From NCBI GenBank assembly GCA_964399555.1, contig CAYNRM010000002.1, positions 4,071-30,859 on the forward strand: a DNA stretch of 26,789 nucleotides, written 5' to 3'. The position numbers and the translations under genes are program-made. The notes below the pieces were generated by a model. It was not told where the DNA came from. It did no database searches and saw only the letters and a list, made by a program, of their open reading frames with translations. Shown here piece by piece: positions 8,697-16,971 of the stretch (the first letter of the stretch is position 1; every line of letters starts with the position of its first letter). The DNA comes from an uncultured Gammaproteobacteria bacterium (lineage in GTDB: Bacteria > Patescibacteriota > Microgenomatia > Daviesbacterales > UBA10151).

Positions 8697-10070
8697 TTAT
8701 GTACTGAGTTTAATTACCTGTCCTGTTAAATACTCTTTATTATTCTTCTCAGGTTTCTCTAATACTTCTTGAAAAAGTTCATTCAGAATTTCCCCAATTT
8801 TAGGTCCCGGTTTAATCTGTAAAATCTCCATAACCTCAGATCCGTTAATCTTCAAATCCGAAATCGAAAATGGTTTCGTCATAACTTCCTCAATTCTTTT
8901 TTTAAATTCCTCAGTCCTCCAGGAAGTCTCGGTCATTGTCCCGCCGCCTAATCTATCCCCAACCCTAACCGCCATCATGTCATCAATGTTTTCATAACCA
9001 ACATTTTTTATAAATCTTCTGATTGCCGAATCTGTTTGATGTTCTGAAACAGTAAACATATGCCACCTCACTAATGCATGTAATTTCTCAATCTGTTTTG
9101 AAGAAAGTCGAAGTCTCTTTCCGGTTTCTTTAACAAGTCTGGCGCCAACAGTTTCGTGTCCGTAAAAAGTCACATTCCCCTGAGCGTCTTTCCTGAATGT
9201 ATCAAGCTTTCCAATATCATGCACCAAACATGCCAGCCTAACGAGCGGGTCCTTACTTGGGCAAAATTTTAAAGAAAGAAGCAGATGCTCGCCAATATCA
9301 TAAATCCTGTCATGCTTAGGGCCTTCCTGAACAATCCCAAAACATCTTGTCACCTCAGGCAAAATATACTCTAATAGACCAATTTCTTTTAACGTAATAA
9401 TTCCTTCATAAAAATTATCAGATTCTAAAATCTTAAATAATTCATCCCGGATCCTTTCCCAGGAAATATTCTGTATCAACTTTGCGTTTTCTTTTATTGA
9501 AGCAAAAGTTTTCTCTTCTATGTCAAAGTTTAGTTGACTGCTAAATCTAACTGCCCGCATCATCCTTAATGCATCTTCCTGGAATCTTTTATCTGCCTCC
9601 CCAACAGCGCGGATTAGTTTCATCTTAAGATCTCCCTGTCCTTTAAATGGATCAACAAGAGTTGGTTTTCCTGATTCACTCAGTTCCATAGCCATTGCAT
9701 TGATAGTGAAATCTCTCCTAGCCAGATCCTCTTCAATGTCTTTAGTCCACGAAACCTCAGTAGGATGACGTGAATCCTCATAAACCCCTTCCTTCCTCAT
9801 GGTGGTAATCTCAAGTATTTGTGCGGTTGAAGTCTGAGAGCTGACGTCTGAAAGCTTAATTCCCACAGTTCCAAACTGATTGTTGTAGAACCCGTCAGGA
9901 AACAGCTCGAGAATTTGCTCCGGCGTAGCAGACGTAGTTAAGTCCCAATCCTTGTGAGCGCGTTTAAGCAAAATATCCCGCACAACTCCGCCGACTAAAT
10001 AAATTTTAAAGTCAGCTTTTATAAATTTGCTAATAACCTGATAGACCTCATCTGGTAAAATAATTTCCAT
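8697..10070 (-). CDS. cca: Class II CCA tRNA nucleotidyltransferase with HD domain
   Basis: VGGVVRD, DWD, EITTMR, DLARRDFTINAM, EDALRMMRAVRF, ERIRDELFK, HDIGK. Confidence 0.93.
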   Translation of the reverse strand: MEIILPDEVYQVISKFIKADFKIYLVGGVVRDILLKRAHKDWDLTTSATPEQILELFPDGFYNNQFGTVGIKLSDVSSQTSTAQILEITTMRKEGVYEDSRHPTEVSWTKDIEEDLARRDFTINAMAMELSESGKPTLVDPFKGQGDLKMKLIRAVGEADKRFQEDALRMMRAVRFSSQLNFDIEEKTFASIKENAKLIQNISWERIRDELFKILESDNFYEGIITLKEIGLLEYILPEVTRCFGIVQEGPKHDRIYDIGEHLLLSLKFCPSKDPLVRLACLVHDIGKLDTFRKDAQGNVTFYGHETVGARLVKETGKRLRLSSKQIEKLHALVRWHMFTVSEHQTDSAIRRFIKNVGYENIDDMMAVRVGDRLGGGTMTETSWRTEEFKKRIEEVMTKPFSISDLKINGSEVMEILQIKPGPKIGEILNELFQEVLEKPEKNNKEYLTGQVIKLST

Positions 10071-10076
10071 TATTGA

Positions 10077-10082
10077 ATTGTA
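10077..10082 (-). promoter_or_regulatory. -10 box for a probable leaderless cca transcript
   Basis: Minus-strand TACAAT 6 nt before ATG 10070, within an 18-bp divergent gap. Confidence 0.5.
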
Positions 10083-10088
10083 CTAGAT

Positions 10089-11684
10089 ATGACTAAAGTT
10101 TGGAAAATCAAAGAAAAACTCTCTGAAGACACAATAGAGCAGCTACTCATCAATCGCGGTATAAACTCAGAGGAAGAGAAAGAAAAATTTTTTAACCCTA
10201 AGATTGAAAACTACAAAAAAGAATTGGAAATTCCCGGAATTGAAAGAAGTCTAAAAAGAATTCAAAAAGCAATTGAAACAGGAGAGCAAATTGTAGTTTT
10301 TGGTGATTACGATGTTGATGGAGTTACCGCCTCAGCAATCTTATACAAAGCGCTAACTTCCCTCGGCGCTAAAGTCATGCCCTACATTCCTCACAGGGAA
10401 AGGGAAGGTTACGGCTTATCCAAATTAGGCCTCGAATTCGCCCGGGACTCGGGCGCAACCGTTGTTATAACTGTAGATAACGGAATCGTCGCTATAGAAC
10501 AGGCAAAGTTTGCTAAAGAAATTGGACTGGATCTAATAATCACCGACCATCATACTCTGAGTAGCGAAAAGCCAGACGCTTACTCAATCGTTCACTCCAC
10601 TAAAATGTGCGGAGCAGCTGTAGCCTGGTGCTTAATCCGCAGTGTTATAAAAGAAGATTTGGCTCAGGAACTACTACAGTTCGTAGCAGTTGCTACTATC
10701 GCCGACATGATGCCTCTAATCGGTCTAAACAGAGCATTCGTAACAGAAGGCACAAAAGTTCTAAACAAAACCAAGAATCTGGGATTTCTGGCGTTATTTG
10801 CTGAGTGCCGCCTGGAAAGAGGTGAGTTGAAGTCTTTCGATATCGGGCACGTTATCGCTCCCAGAATTAACGCCATCGGCAGGCTTGAGCACGCCATAGA
10901 TGCGCTAAGACTTTTATGCACCAAAGATCCAGTCAAAGCCAGAAGACTGGCCAGGCTCTTAAACGACACAAACGTCAGGCGTCAGGATATGACTTTAGAA
11001 GCGTACACTCAGGCAGTCAAAATGGCTGAACAAAATATTGATAAAAAAATTCAGGTTCTCTACTCAAAAGATTGGCACCAGGGAATAATCGGCTTAATCG
11101 CTGGGAGAATCACTGAACAATACGCACTCCCTACTATAGCGATCTCGGTAGGTGAAACAATTTCCAAAGGTTCAGCCAGAAGCATAAACGGTATAAACAT
11201 AACGGAGGTTTTAAGAAGCTGTGCAGACAATTTAATAGACGTCGGAGGCCATGCCGGAGCAGCCGGATTTAGTGTGGAAACTAAAAAAATTGAAGTTCTA
11301 AAAGCAAAGCTCGAAGCCGCTGTATCCAAAATATCAACTGAAGCATTTGGAAAATTTTTAGACATCGAAGCAGAAATCCCCATTTCTAAACTAACAAAAA
11401 CATTAGCCAAAAAACTTGAAGACTTTGAACCCTTCGGCCTGCAAAACCCCAGACCGGTATTCGCCAGTTTTAATTTAAAGTCATCAGACACAAGAACACT
11501 TAGCGCCGGCAAGCATCTGAAATTCAAAGCTGACGGAATAGATGCAATTGCTTTTAGCATGGGAGAACTTGAATCGTTTATCCAATCAGGCCAGCTGCTG
11601 AACTTGGCTTACAACCTGGAAATAAATAAATTCAACGGCAATGAAAATCTTCAATTTAAAGTTAAAGATATTCAGCTTAATTAA
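10089..11684 (+). CDS. recJ: Single-stranded DNA-specific exonuclease RecJ
   Basis: GDYDVDG, ITVDNG, ITDHH, ATIADMMPL, APRINAIGRL, KGSARS, GGHAGAAG, PFGLQNPRP, HLKF. Confidence 0.97.
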   Translation: MTKVWKIKEKLSEDTIEQLLINRGINSEEEKEKFFNPKIENYKKELEIPGIERSLKRIQKAIETGEQIVVFGDYDVDGVTASAILYKALTSLGAKVMPYIPHREREGYGLSKLGLEFARDSGATVVITVDNGIVAIEQAKFAKEIGLDLIITDHHTLSSEKPDAYSIVHSTKMCGAAVAWCLIRSVIKEDLAQELLQFVAVATIADMMPLIGLNRAFVTEGTKVLNKTKNLGFLALFAECRLERGELKSFDIGHVIAPRINAIGRLEHAIDALRLLCTKDPVKARRLARLLNDTNVRRQDMTLEAYTQAVKMAEQNIDKKIQVLYSKDWHQGIIGLIAGRITEQYALPTIAISVGETISKGSARSINGINITEVLRSCADNLIDVGGHAGAAGFSVETKKIEVLKAKLEAAVSKISTEAFGKFLDIEAEIPISKLTKTLAKKLEDFEPFGLQNPRPVFASFNLKSSDTRTLSAGKHLKFKADGIDAIAFSMGELESFIQSGQLLNLAYNLEINKFNGNENLQFKVKDIQLN

Positions 11685-11728
11685 ATCAGCTGGAAGAGGA
11701 GATTATGTGCGTTTAGTATACATACGAC

Positions 11729-11756
11729 TGGACATTAGCTGATTAAGTGATATACT
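11729..11756 (+). promoter_or_regulatory. Putative promoter of the aro leader and operon
   Basis: TGGACA (11729-11734), 16-nt spacer, extended -10 TGaTATACT (11748-11756). The predicted TSS is about 11763. Confidence 0.6.
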
Positions 11757-11766
11757 TATTTAAGTA

Positions 11767-11832
11767 ATGAAGAAACATTCAAATTGGTTTAGCTTTACAT
11801 ATTTTTACTTCCGAAAGGAGGAGGCCTCCTAG
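11767..11832 (+). CDS. Aromatic amino acid attenuation leader peptide MKKHSNWFSFTYFYFRKEEAS
   Basis: ATG 11767 to TAG 11832. Codons 7-15 are TGG TTT AGC TTT ACA TAT TTT TAC TTC (1 Trp, 4 Phe, 2 Tyr), directly upstream of a terminator and the aro operon. Confidence 0.85.
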   Translation: MKKHSNWFSFTYFYFRKEEAS

Positions 11833-11867
11833 TATCCTAAAAGGATATTAGTGAGAATCAGGCCTCC
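11808..11867 (+). promoter_or_regulatory. Attenuator alternative structures: GNRA protector/pause hairpin and antiterminator
   Basis: cttcc-GAAA-ggagg (11808-11821). Antiterminator: ggaggcct (11820-11827) is perfectly complementary to aggcctcc (11860-11867) and encloses the hairpin ctagtatcct-aaa-aggatattag (11829-11851). Confidence 0.75.
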
Positions 11868-11886
11868 CAAATGGGAGGTTTTTTTT
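11861..11886 (+). terminator. Intrinsic (attenuator) terminator
   Basis: Stem cctccc (11863-11868) / gggagg (11873-11878), loop aaat, followed by 8 T (11879-11886). Confidence 0.88.
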
Positions 11887-12754
11887 GTCGAAAACTATGA
11901 TAAATATAACAAAATTAACATCGGATAAAATAATAATTGCTGGTCCCTGTGCTGCTGAAACGCGCGAGCAGGTTCTTGAAAGCGCTAAGCAAGCCAAAAA
12001 GCGTGGAGTAAAAATCCTAAGAGCCTCCCTCTGGAAACCCAGGACTGAGCCCGGATTTGATGGTGTAAAAGAGAAAGGTATTGAGTGGCTGGTTGAGGTC
12101 GCAAAAATGGGATTAACCCCAGGAACAGAAGTTCTAAATGCTAGAAACACTAAAGCTGTTTTAACTGCTATTGCTAAAAATGTCGAAAACCCTTCAGCCC
12201 TAATCTGGATAGGTGCCCGAAACCAAAATCATGACGAACAAGTCGCAATTGTTAAAGCAGTAAAAAAATACCCTTGGGCGCGCTTCATGTTTAAAAACCA
12301 ACCATGGAGACACGAAAAGCATTGGAGGGGAATATTAAAACATGTGCTTTCAACAAAAATTGGTAAAGACAAGATCTTTCTCTCTCACCGGGGATTTGAC
12401 CCAGGAACGGATGAGCCCCGCGACCCAAAAGAATTAAGGAACTTCCCTGATTACCAAATGGCAATGCGCGTTAAAACCGAAGAGGATGTCCAAATGATTA
12501 TCGATCCTTCCCATATGGGTGGCACTGTCGACAATGTCATAAGGATTTCTAAAGAAGCCATGCGCCACAAAGAAGCAGGTACTTCCTTTGACGGTTTCAT
12601 TTTTGAAATTCATCCAAATCCAACTATCGCCTGGACCGATGCTAAGCAGCAGTTAACATGGGAGCAGTTTGATGAGTTAATGGATGAATATCAAAATCTC
12701 CATAAAGAACCACAAGTCAAAACTAAATCTGCTCAAACTCAAGCCTCATTCTGA
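11885..12754 (+). CDS. aroF: DAHP synthase type I-beta, catalytic barrel only
   Basis: AGPC, WKPRT, EV, WIGAR, FKN, HRGF, RN, DPSH, EIHP..AWTD: all four metal ligands (C, H, E, D) and KPRT are present. The start is TTG 11885 or ATG 11897. Confidence 0.88.
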   Translation: MSKTMINITKLTSDKIIIAGPCAAETREQVLESAKQAKKRGVKILRASLWKPRTEPGFDGVKEKGIEWLVEVAKMGLTPGTEVLNARNTKAVLTAIAKNVENPSALIWIGARNQNHDEQVAIVKAVKKYPWARFMFKNQPWRHEKHWRGILKHVLSTKIGKDKIFLSHRGFDPGTDEPRDPKELRNFPDYQMAMRVKTEEDVQMIIDPSHMGGTVDNVIRISKEAMRHKEAGTSFDGFIFEIHPNPTIAWTDAKQQLTWEQFDELMDEYQNLHKEPQVKTKSAQTQASF

Positions 12755-14379
12755 TGTTAGATCAAAATTCAAAGATCCATATAGTTGGAGGAACAGGAGC
12801 AATGGGGACATGGCTCCGGATTTTTCTGGAGTCACTTAATTTTTCCGTTTCTGTTAGTGATGAAAATAAAGGGGAAGAAGAGATTGAAAAAGCAGACATT
12901 GTTTTTATCTCGGTGCCGATTAATCTTGCTCCGCAAATAATCTTACAAACTGCTCCCAAAACTAAACATGAGTGTTTAATGGTCGACCTCTCCTCAATAA
13001 AGTCGGAGACCAAAAAAGCTTTAGAAAATTGCGGCAGATCATCTCTGTCCTTGCACTTTCTTTTCGGGCCAACGCTCAGTTCTATCCAAAATCAAAAAAT
13101 TATTTCTGAAAAGTTCAAGCAGTCAAAAATTGCTGACGATCTGGTACAAGTTTTTAAAAAGGAAGGCGCTCAAATTATAGAATTACCCAGCGATCTTCAT
13201 GATCTAACAATGGCTCACATTCAATCCCTGACTCATTTTATAAATCTTTCCCTAGCTCAAATTCTTATAAAAAACAAAATCGGAATTTCCGGTCAAATCT
13301 CAACACCCGTTTTCTTATCACAACTTTCCGCAACCCTAAGAGTTCTTTCTCAAAGTCCAAAGTTGTTAAGTGAAATCCAAACCCAAAATCCTGAATTTAT
13401 CAATGTAGTCGAGGATTATCTGGAGATTCAAAAAGATCTGGTTAAAAAGATTAAAACCGGTGATGTTAAAGAAATAGAAAAACAATATGCAGGCTTGAGA
13501 GAAAATTTAGAATCTATTTCCGGAACTACTGACAATAGCAAAAGAGTAGTTGAAGATAAAGTATTAGAACCCAAGAATCTTAAAGTCGGTTTCTTAGGTC
13601 CAAAAGGCACGTTCTCAAGTCAGGCAGTTTTGAAATTATTTAATGAAACAGACAATCGGCTTATTGCCTGTAAAAGTATCTACGATTTATTCGATAGCCT
13701 AGATAAAAATCTTGTTGATGTCATAGTGGCCCCCGCCGAAAATACTACTGAAGGAACTGTGAGAGAAACACTTGACTACTTATTTGATCACAAATTTAAG
13801 ATTATTGGAAAAATTGATTTACCAGTTTCTCAATGTCTTCTATCAAAGGAATCAGATTTGAAAAATATAACTAAAATAATCTCTCACCCTCAGGCGCTTA
13901 ACCAGTCGAGAAAATTTCTCGAAGATAATCTGCCCGATGCCATACTCGAGACAAGTGCCTCAACAGTTGCTTCAACAGAAGAGTTAGATAAAAAAGGGGT
14001 AGCCATAATCGGTTCAGAACTTGCAGCGAAGATTTATAAATTGAACACCCTAAAAAAAGATATCCAGGGTTATGACCAAAATACGACTCGATTTAATATA
14101 ATTGCCAAACGCGACATGCTTAATCTGCCGGGCAGAAGTAAAAGTCTTCTTTTCCTGTCTGTTTTTAACCGGGTTGGTGTTTTAAGAGACATCTTATCCG
14201 TTTTTGCTGACCTCTCAATAAATTTGAATAAAATTGAGTCGCGACCGTCAGGAGAAAAGCATTGGGACTATTACTTTTATATAGAGGTTGAGTCAACCGA
14301 TGAACATCCTAAATTCTTGCAAGCTCTTGATATCCTTAAACAGTATTGTCCTCAGATAATAGTTTTAGGTAAACTCTAA
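12754..14379 (+). CDS. tyrA-pheA: Fused prephenate dehydrogenase (TyrA) and prephenate dehydratase with ACT domain (PheA)
   Basis: N-half: IVGGTGAMG Rossmann motif, DLSSIK, SLHFLFGP, HDLTMAHIQSLTH. C-half: FLGPKGTFS, ENTTEGTV, SHPQAL, NTTRF, NKIESRP, YYFYIE. TGATG overlap with the upstream gene. Confidence 0.92.
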   Translation: MLDQNSKIHIVGGTGAMGTWLRIFLESLNFSVSVSDENKGEEEIEKADIVFISVPINLAPQIILQTAPKTKHECLMVDLSSIKSETKKALENCGRSSLSLHFLFGPTLSSIQNQKIISEKFKQSKIADDLVQVFKKEGAQIIELPSDLHDLTMAHIQSLTHFINLSLAQILIKNKIGISGQISTPVFLSQLSATLRVLSQSPKLLSEIQTQNPEFINVVEDYLEIQKDLVKKIKTGDVKEIEKQYAGLRENLESISGTTDNSKRVVEDKVLEPKNLKVGFLGPKGTFSSQAVLKLFNETDNRLIACKSIYDLFDSLDKNLVDVIVAPAENTTEGTVRETLDYLFDHKFKIIGKIDLPVSQCLLSKESDLKNITKIISHPQALNQSRKFLEDNLPDAILETSASTVASTEELDKKGVAIIGSELAAKIYKLNTLKKDIQGYDQNTTRFNIIAKRDMLNLPGRSKSLLFLSVFNRVGVLRDILSVFADLSINLNKIESRPSGEKHWDYYFYIEVESTDEHPKFLQALDILKQYCPQIIVLGKL

Positions 14380-14381
14380 AC

Positions 14382-14660
14382 ATGGATAAATTGAAAATGT
14401 TGCGAAAACTTATCGATGACATAGATAACCAACTCCTGGATCTAGTAAAAAGCCGGATGGATGTGGTTGTCGAAATTGGCAATGTAAAAACAGAAAATAA
14501 TGTGGAAGTCGTAGATAAAGAAAGGGAAGAGCAAATATATGTTCGGTTACTTGCTAAAGCAAAAGAGAAAGGTGTAAAACCCGAGGTTGTAAAAAAAGTT
14601 TGGAAGTCTTTACTAGAAATTTCATATGAGATTGAAGGAGGCAAAAATGGAAAAAGTTAA
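14382..14660 (+). CDS. aroQ: Monofunctional chorismate mutase (AroQ, type II)
   Basis: LRKLIDDIDNQLLDLVKSRMDVVVEIGNVK..VVDKEREEQI is the AroQ pattern. Confidence 0.92.
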   Translation: MDKLKMLRKLIDDIDNQLLDLVKSRMDVVVEIGNVKTENNVEVVDKEREEQIYVRLLAKAKEKGVKPEVVKKVWKSLLEISYEIEGGKNGKS

Positions 14661-15687
14661 TGTGTTAAACAAATATCAGGTATATATTGGTTCTGGGTTA
14701 TTAGGAAATATTTACTCAATTATTGATACTAATGGTTTCAGTAAAATTATTGTAATCACTGATGATAAAATCCCCTCTAATTATCTTTCAGAATTTGAGA
14801 AGATCTCTATTTCGTCCGGAGAAGAGAATAAAACAATAGAAACAGTCAAAGAGATCTGGGAGCAAATGTTAAAGCTCGGTTGCGATCGCAAAACTTTAGT
14901 TATTAATTTAGGCGGGGGGGTAATCGGTGATATCGGCGGGTTCGCTGCCAGCTGTTATATGAGAGGAGTAAAATTTCTTCAGATCCCGACAACATTATTA
15001 TCTGCAGTAGACGCCAGTGTTGGAGGCAAGGTCGGGATAGATTTTTCAGGAATAAAAAATCTCATCGGTTCATTCAATCAGCCCATCGGAGTGATAGTCG
15101 ATATAGAGACATTCAATTCATTACCGGATCGGGAATTTATCTCAGGCTTCGGAGAAATAATAAAACACGGTCTTATCGCCGATCCGGATTATTTTAAATT
15201 TGTCACCTCAAAAAAACCTCGTGAATTTTCTCAAGACGAACTAATTGAAATTATAAAAAAATCCTGTGAAATAAAAGCCGCCATAATCTCCGGAGACGAA
15301 AAAGAATCTGGCAGCCGCAAACTGCTTAACTTTGGCCACACCATTGGTCATGCGCTCGAAAGCGCTTCCCTGCAATCACAAAAACCACTACTGCACGGTG
15401 AAGCAGTTGCGATTGGCTCAATTGCTGAAGCTAAAATTTCCTTTGACTTGGGGCTAATCGAAGATAAAGAACTATCTATTATCCAACAAGCCCTGGAAGC
15501 AGCGGGGTTACCGGTAAGTTTCAAAGTTGAAGATATCGATAAAATTATGGAACTAATTTCAAAAGACAAAAAATCTCAGTCTGGTAAAATAAGCTGGACT
15601 TTATTAAATAGTATTGGCTCAGCAGTCATCGATAATCAAGTTGAAAAGAATATTGTTCTTTCCTCGCTTGAATACATTTCAGACTGA
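14647..15687 (+). CDS. aroB: 3-dehydroquinate synthase
   Basis: GEENK, LGGGVIGDIGGF, YMRG, PTTLLSAVDASVGGK, KNLIG, GEIIKHG, LNFGHTIGHALE, HGEAVAIG, DKK. SD gaaggagg precedes ATG 14647. Confidence 0.97.
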   Translation: MEKVNVLNKYQVYIGSGLLGNIYSIIDTNGFSKIIVITDDKIPSNYLSEFEKISISSGEENKTIETVKEIWEQMLKLGCDRKTLVINLGGGVIGDIGGFAASCYMRGVKFLQIPTTLLSAVDASVGGKVGIDFSGIKNLIGSFNQPIGVIVDIETFNSLPDREFISGFGEIIKHGLIADPDYFKFVTSKKPREFSQDELIEIIKKSCEIKAAIISGDEKESGSRKLLNFGHTIGHALESASLQSQKPLLHGEAVAIGSIAEAKISFDLGLIEDKELSIIQQALEAAGLPVSFKVEDIDKIMELISKDKKSQSGKISWTLLNSIGSAVIDNQVEKNIVLSSLEYISD

Positions 15688-15693
15688 TTCTTA

Positions 15694-16971
15694 ATGAACA
15701 AACTACAAATCATTCCCACAAATAATATTTCTGGAGTAGTCGATGTTCCCGGCTCAAAAAGCTATACCAACAGAGCGCTAATTATCGCCTCATTAATTAA
15801 AGGATCAGTCACGATAAAAAATCCTCTAAAATCAGACGATGTCTCGGTTATGATCAAGTGTCTTATAACACTTGGAATTGAAATAAAAGAAAATAGCGAA
15901 AGTATCCAAGTTATTGGAGATATTTCAGAGGTAAAAGATCAGGAATACCAATTAAACGCCCAACTGTCTGGAACTACAATTAGATTCATTCTGGCGCTGT
16001 CCTGCATTATTCCTGGAGTAAAAATAATCAGCGGAGATGATTCCTTAAATAATAGACCTATCGGTGAATTAGCAGGCGCCCTGAAAGATCTAGGAGCGAA
16101 AATCGAGTATTTAAAAAAACCAGGTTACCCACCATTAATCGTAAAATCATCATCACTTAGCCTAAAAGAAACCAGACTCCACGGTGATATTTCAAGTCAA
16201 TTCTTCTCAGCCCTCCTGATGATAGCCCCACTTATCGGCGGTATTAATATCGATGTGATGGGGGTTCAAATCTCAAAGCCTTATGTTGGGATGACCATAG
16301 ATCTTATGAAATATTTTGGAGTCAAAGTTGCGAATACCAACTTTAAAAAATATGTCGTTGAGCCATCACAAGGTTACGTCCTGAAAGATTATGTTGTCGA
16401 GGGTGACTACTCATCAGCTGGTTATTTCCTTGCAGCTGCCGCATTAACTAGTTCAACTCTTAGTCTTAAAAATCTCAACGAGAGTTCAATTCAGGCAGAT
16501 AAGAATTTTATCAATATTCTCAAAGACTTAGGAAGTGAAATTAATTTCCAAGGGTCTTATCTGATTATCAAAGGAGCTGGAGTAAAGCCAATGCGCGTTG
16601 ACATGGAAAACTGTCCTGACCAGGTACAAACATTAGCAGTTATACTGGCTTTCGCCAAAGGAAAATCCGTAATTACCGGTGTCAGATCTTTAAGAATTAA
16701 AGAAACCGAAAGAGTTCTTGCTTTGCAAAATGAATTATCAAAAATGGGAATAAAAACAGAATCAACAATCGACTCACTCACCATTTATGGTGGCAACCCG
16801 AAAGCTTCAGAAGTTAATACTTATAATGACCACCGAATGGCTATGTCGTTTGCCATAGCAGGAGTAGTTCTTCCGGGAATGATTATTAACAATCCTGAAG
16901 TCGTAACTAAAACATTCCCCGATTTCTGGGAAAAATTATCGGGTATTGGAATAAAATCTAATGAAATCTGA
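15694..16971 (+). CDS. aroA: 3-phosphoshikimate 1-carboxyvinyltransferase (EPSP synthase)
   Basis: PGSKSYTNR, SGTTIRF, NRPI, SSQFFSALL, SKPY, EGDYSSA, PD, LRIKETER, DHRMAM, KTFPDFW. Confidence 0.97.
   Translation: MNKLQIIPTNNISGVVDVPGSKSYTNRALIIASLIKGSVTIKNPLKSDDVSVMIKCLITLGIEIKENSESIQVIGDISEVKDQEYQLNAQLSGTTIRFILALSCIIPGVKIISGDDSLNNRPIGELAGALKDLGAKIEYLKKPGYPPLIVKSSSLSLKETRLHGDISSQFFSALLMIAPLIGGINIDVMGVQISKPYVGMTIDLMKYFGVKVANTNFKKYVVEPSQGYVLKDYVVEGDYSSAGYFLAAAALTSSTLSLKNLNESSIQADKNFINILKDLGSEINFQGSYLIIKGAGVKPMRVDMENCPDQVQTLAVILAFAKGKSVITGVRSLRIKETERVLALQNELSKMGIKTESTIDSLTIYGGNPKASEVNTYNDHRMAMSFAIAGVVLPGMIINNPEVVTKTFPDFWEKLSGIGIKSNEI

Noticed and set aside
7404-11560. ORFs 7404-7643, 8441-8707, 10607-10804, 10664-10969 and 11060-11560
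   Set aside because: They are nested in the ABC genes or recJ and have no protein-like features.
11819-11830. Perfect palindrome aggaggcctcct as a possible repressor operator (TrpR/TyrR-like)
   Set aside because: It does not resemble TrpR or TyrR boxes, lies well downstream of the promoter, and is explained by the attenuator stems.
11767-11886. T-box or TRAP-type control as an alternative explanation
   Set aside because: The leader is about 120 nt, too short for a T-box, with no UGGNACC bulge and no (G/U)AG repeat array.
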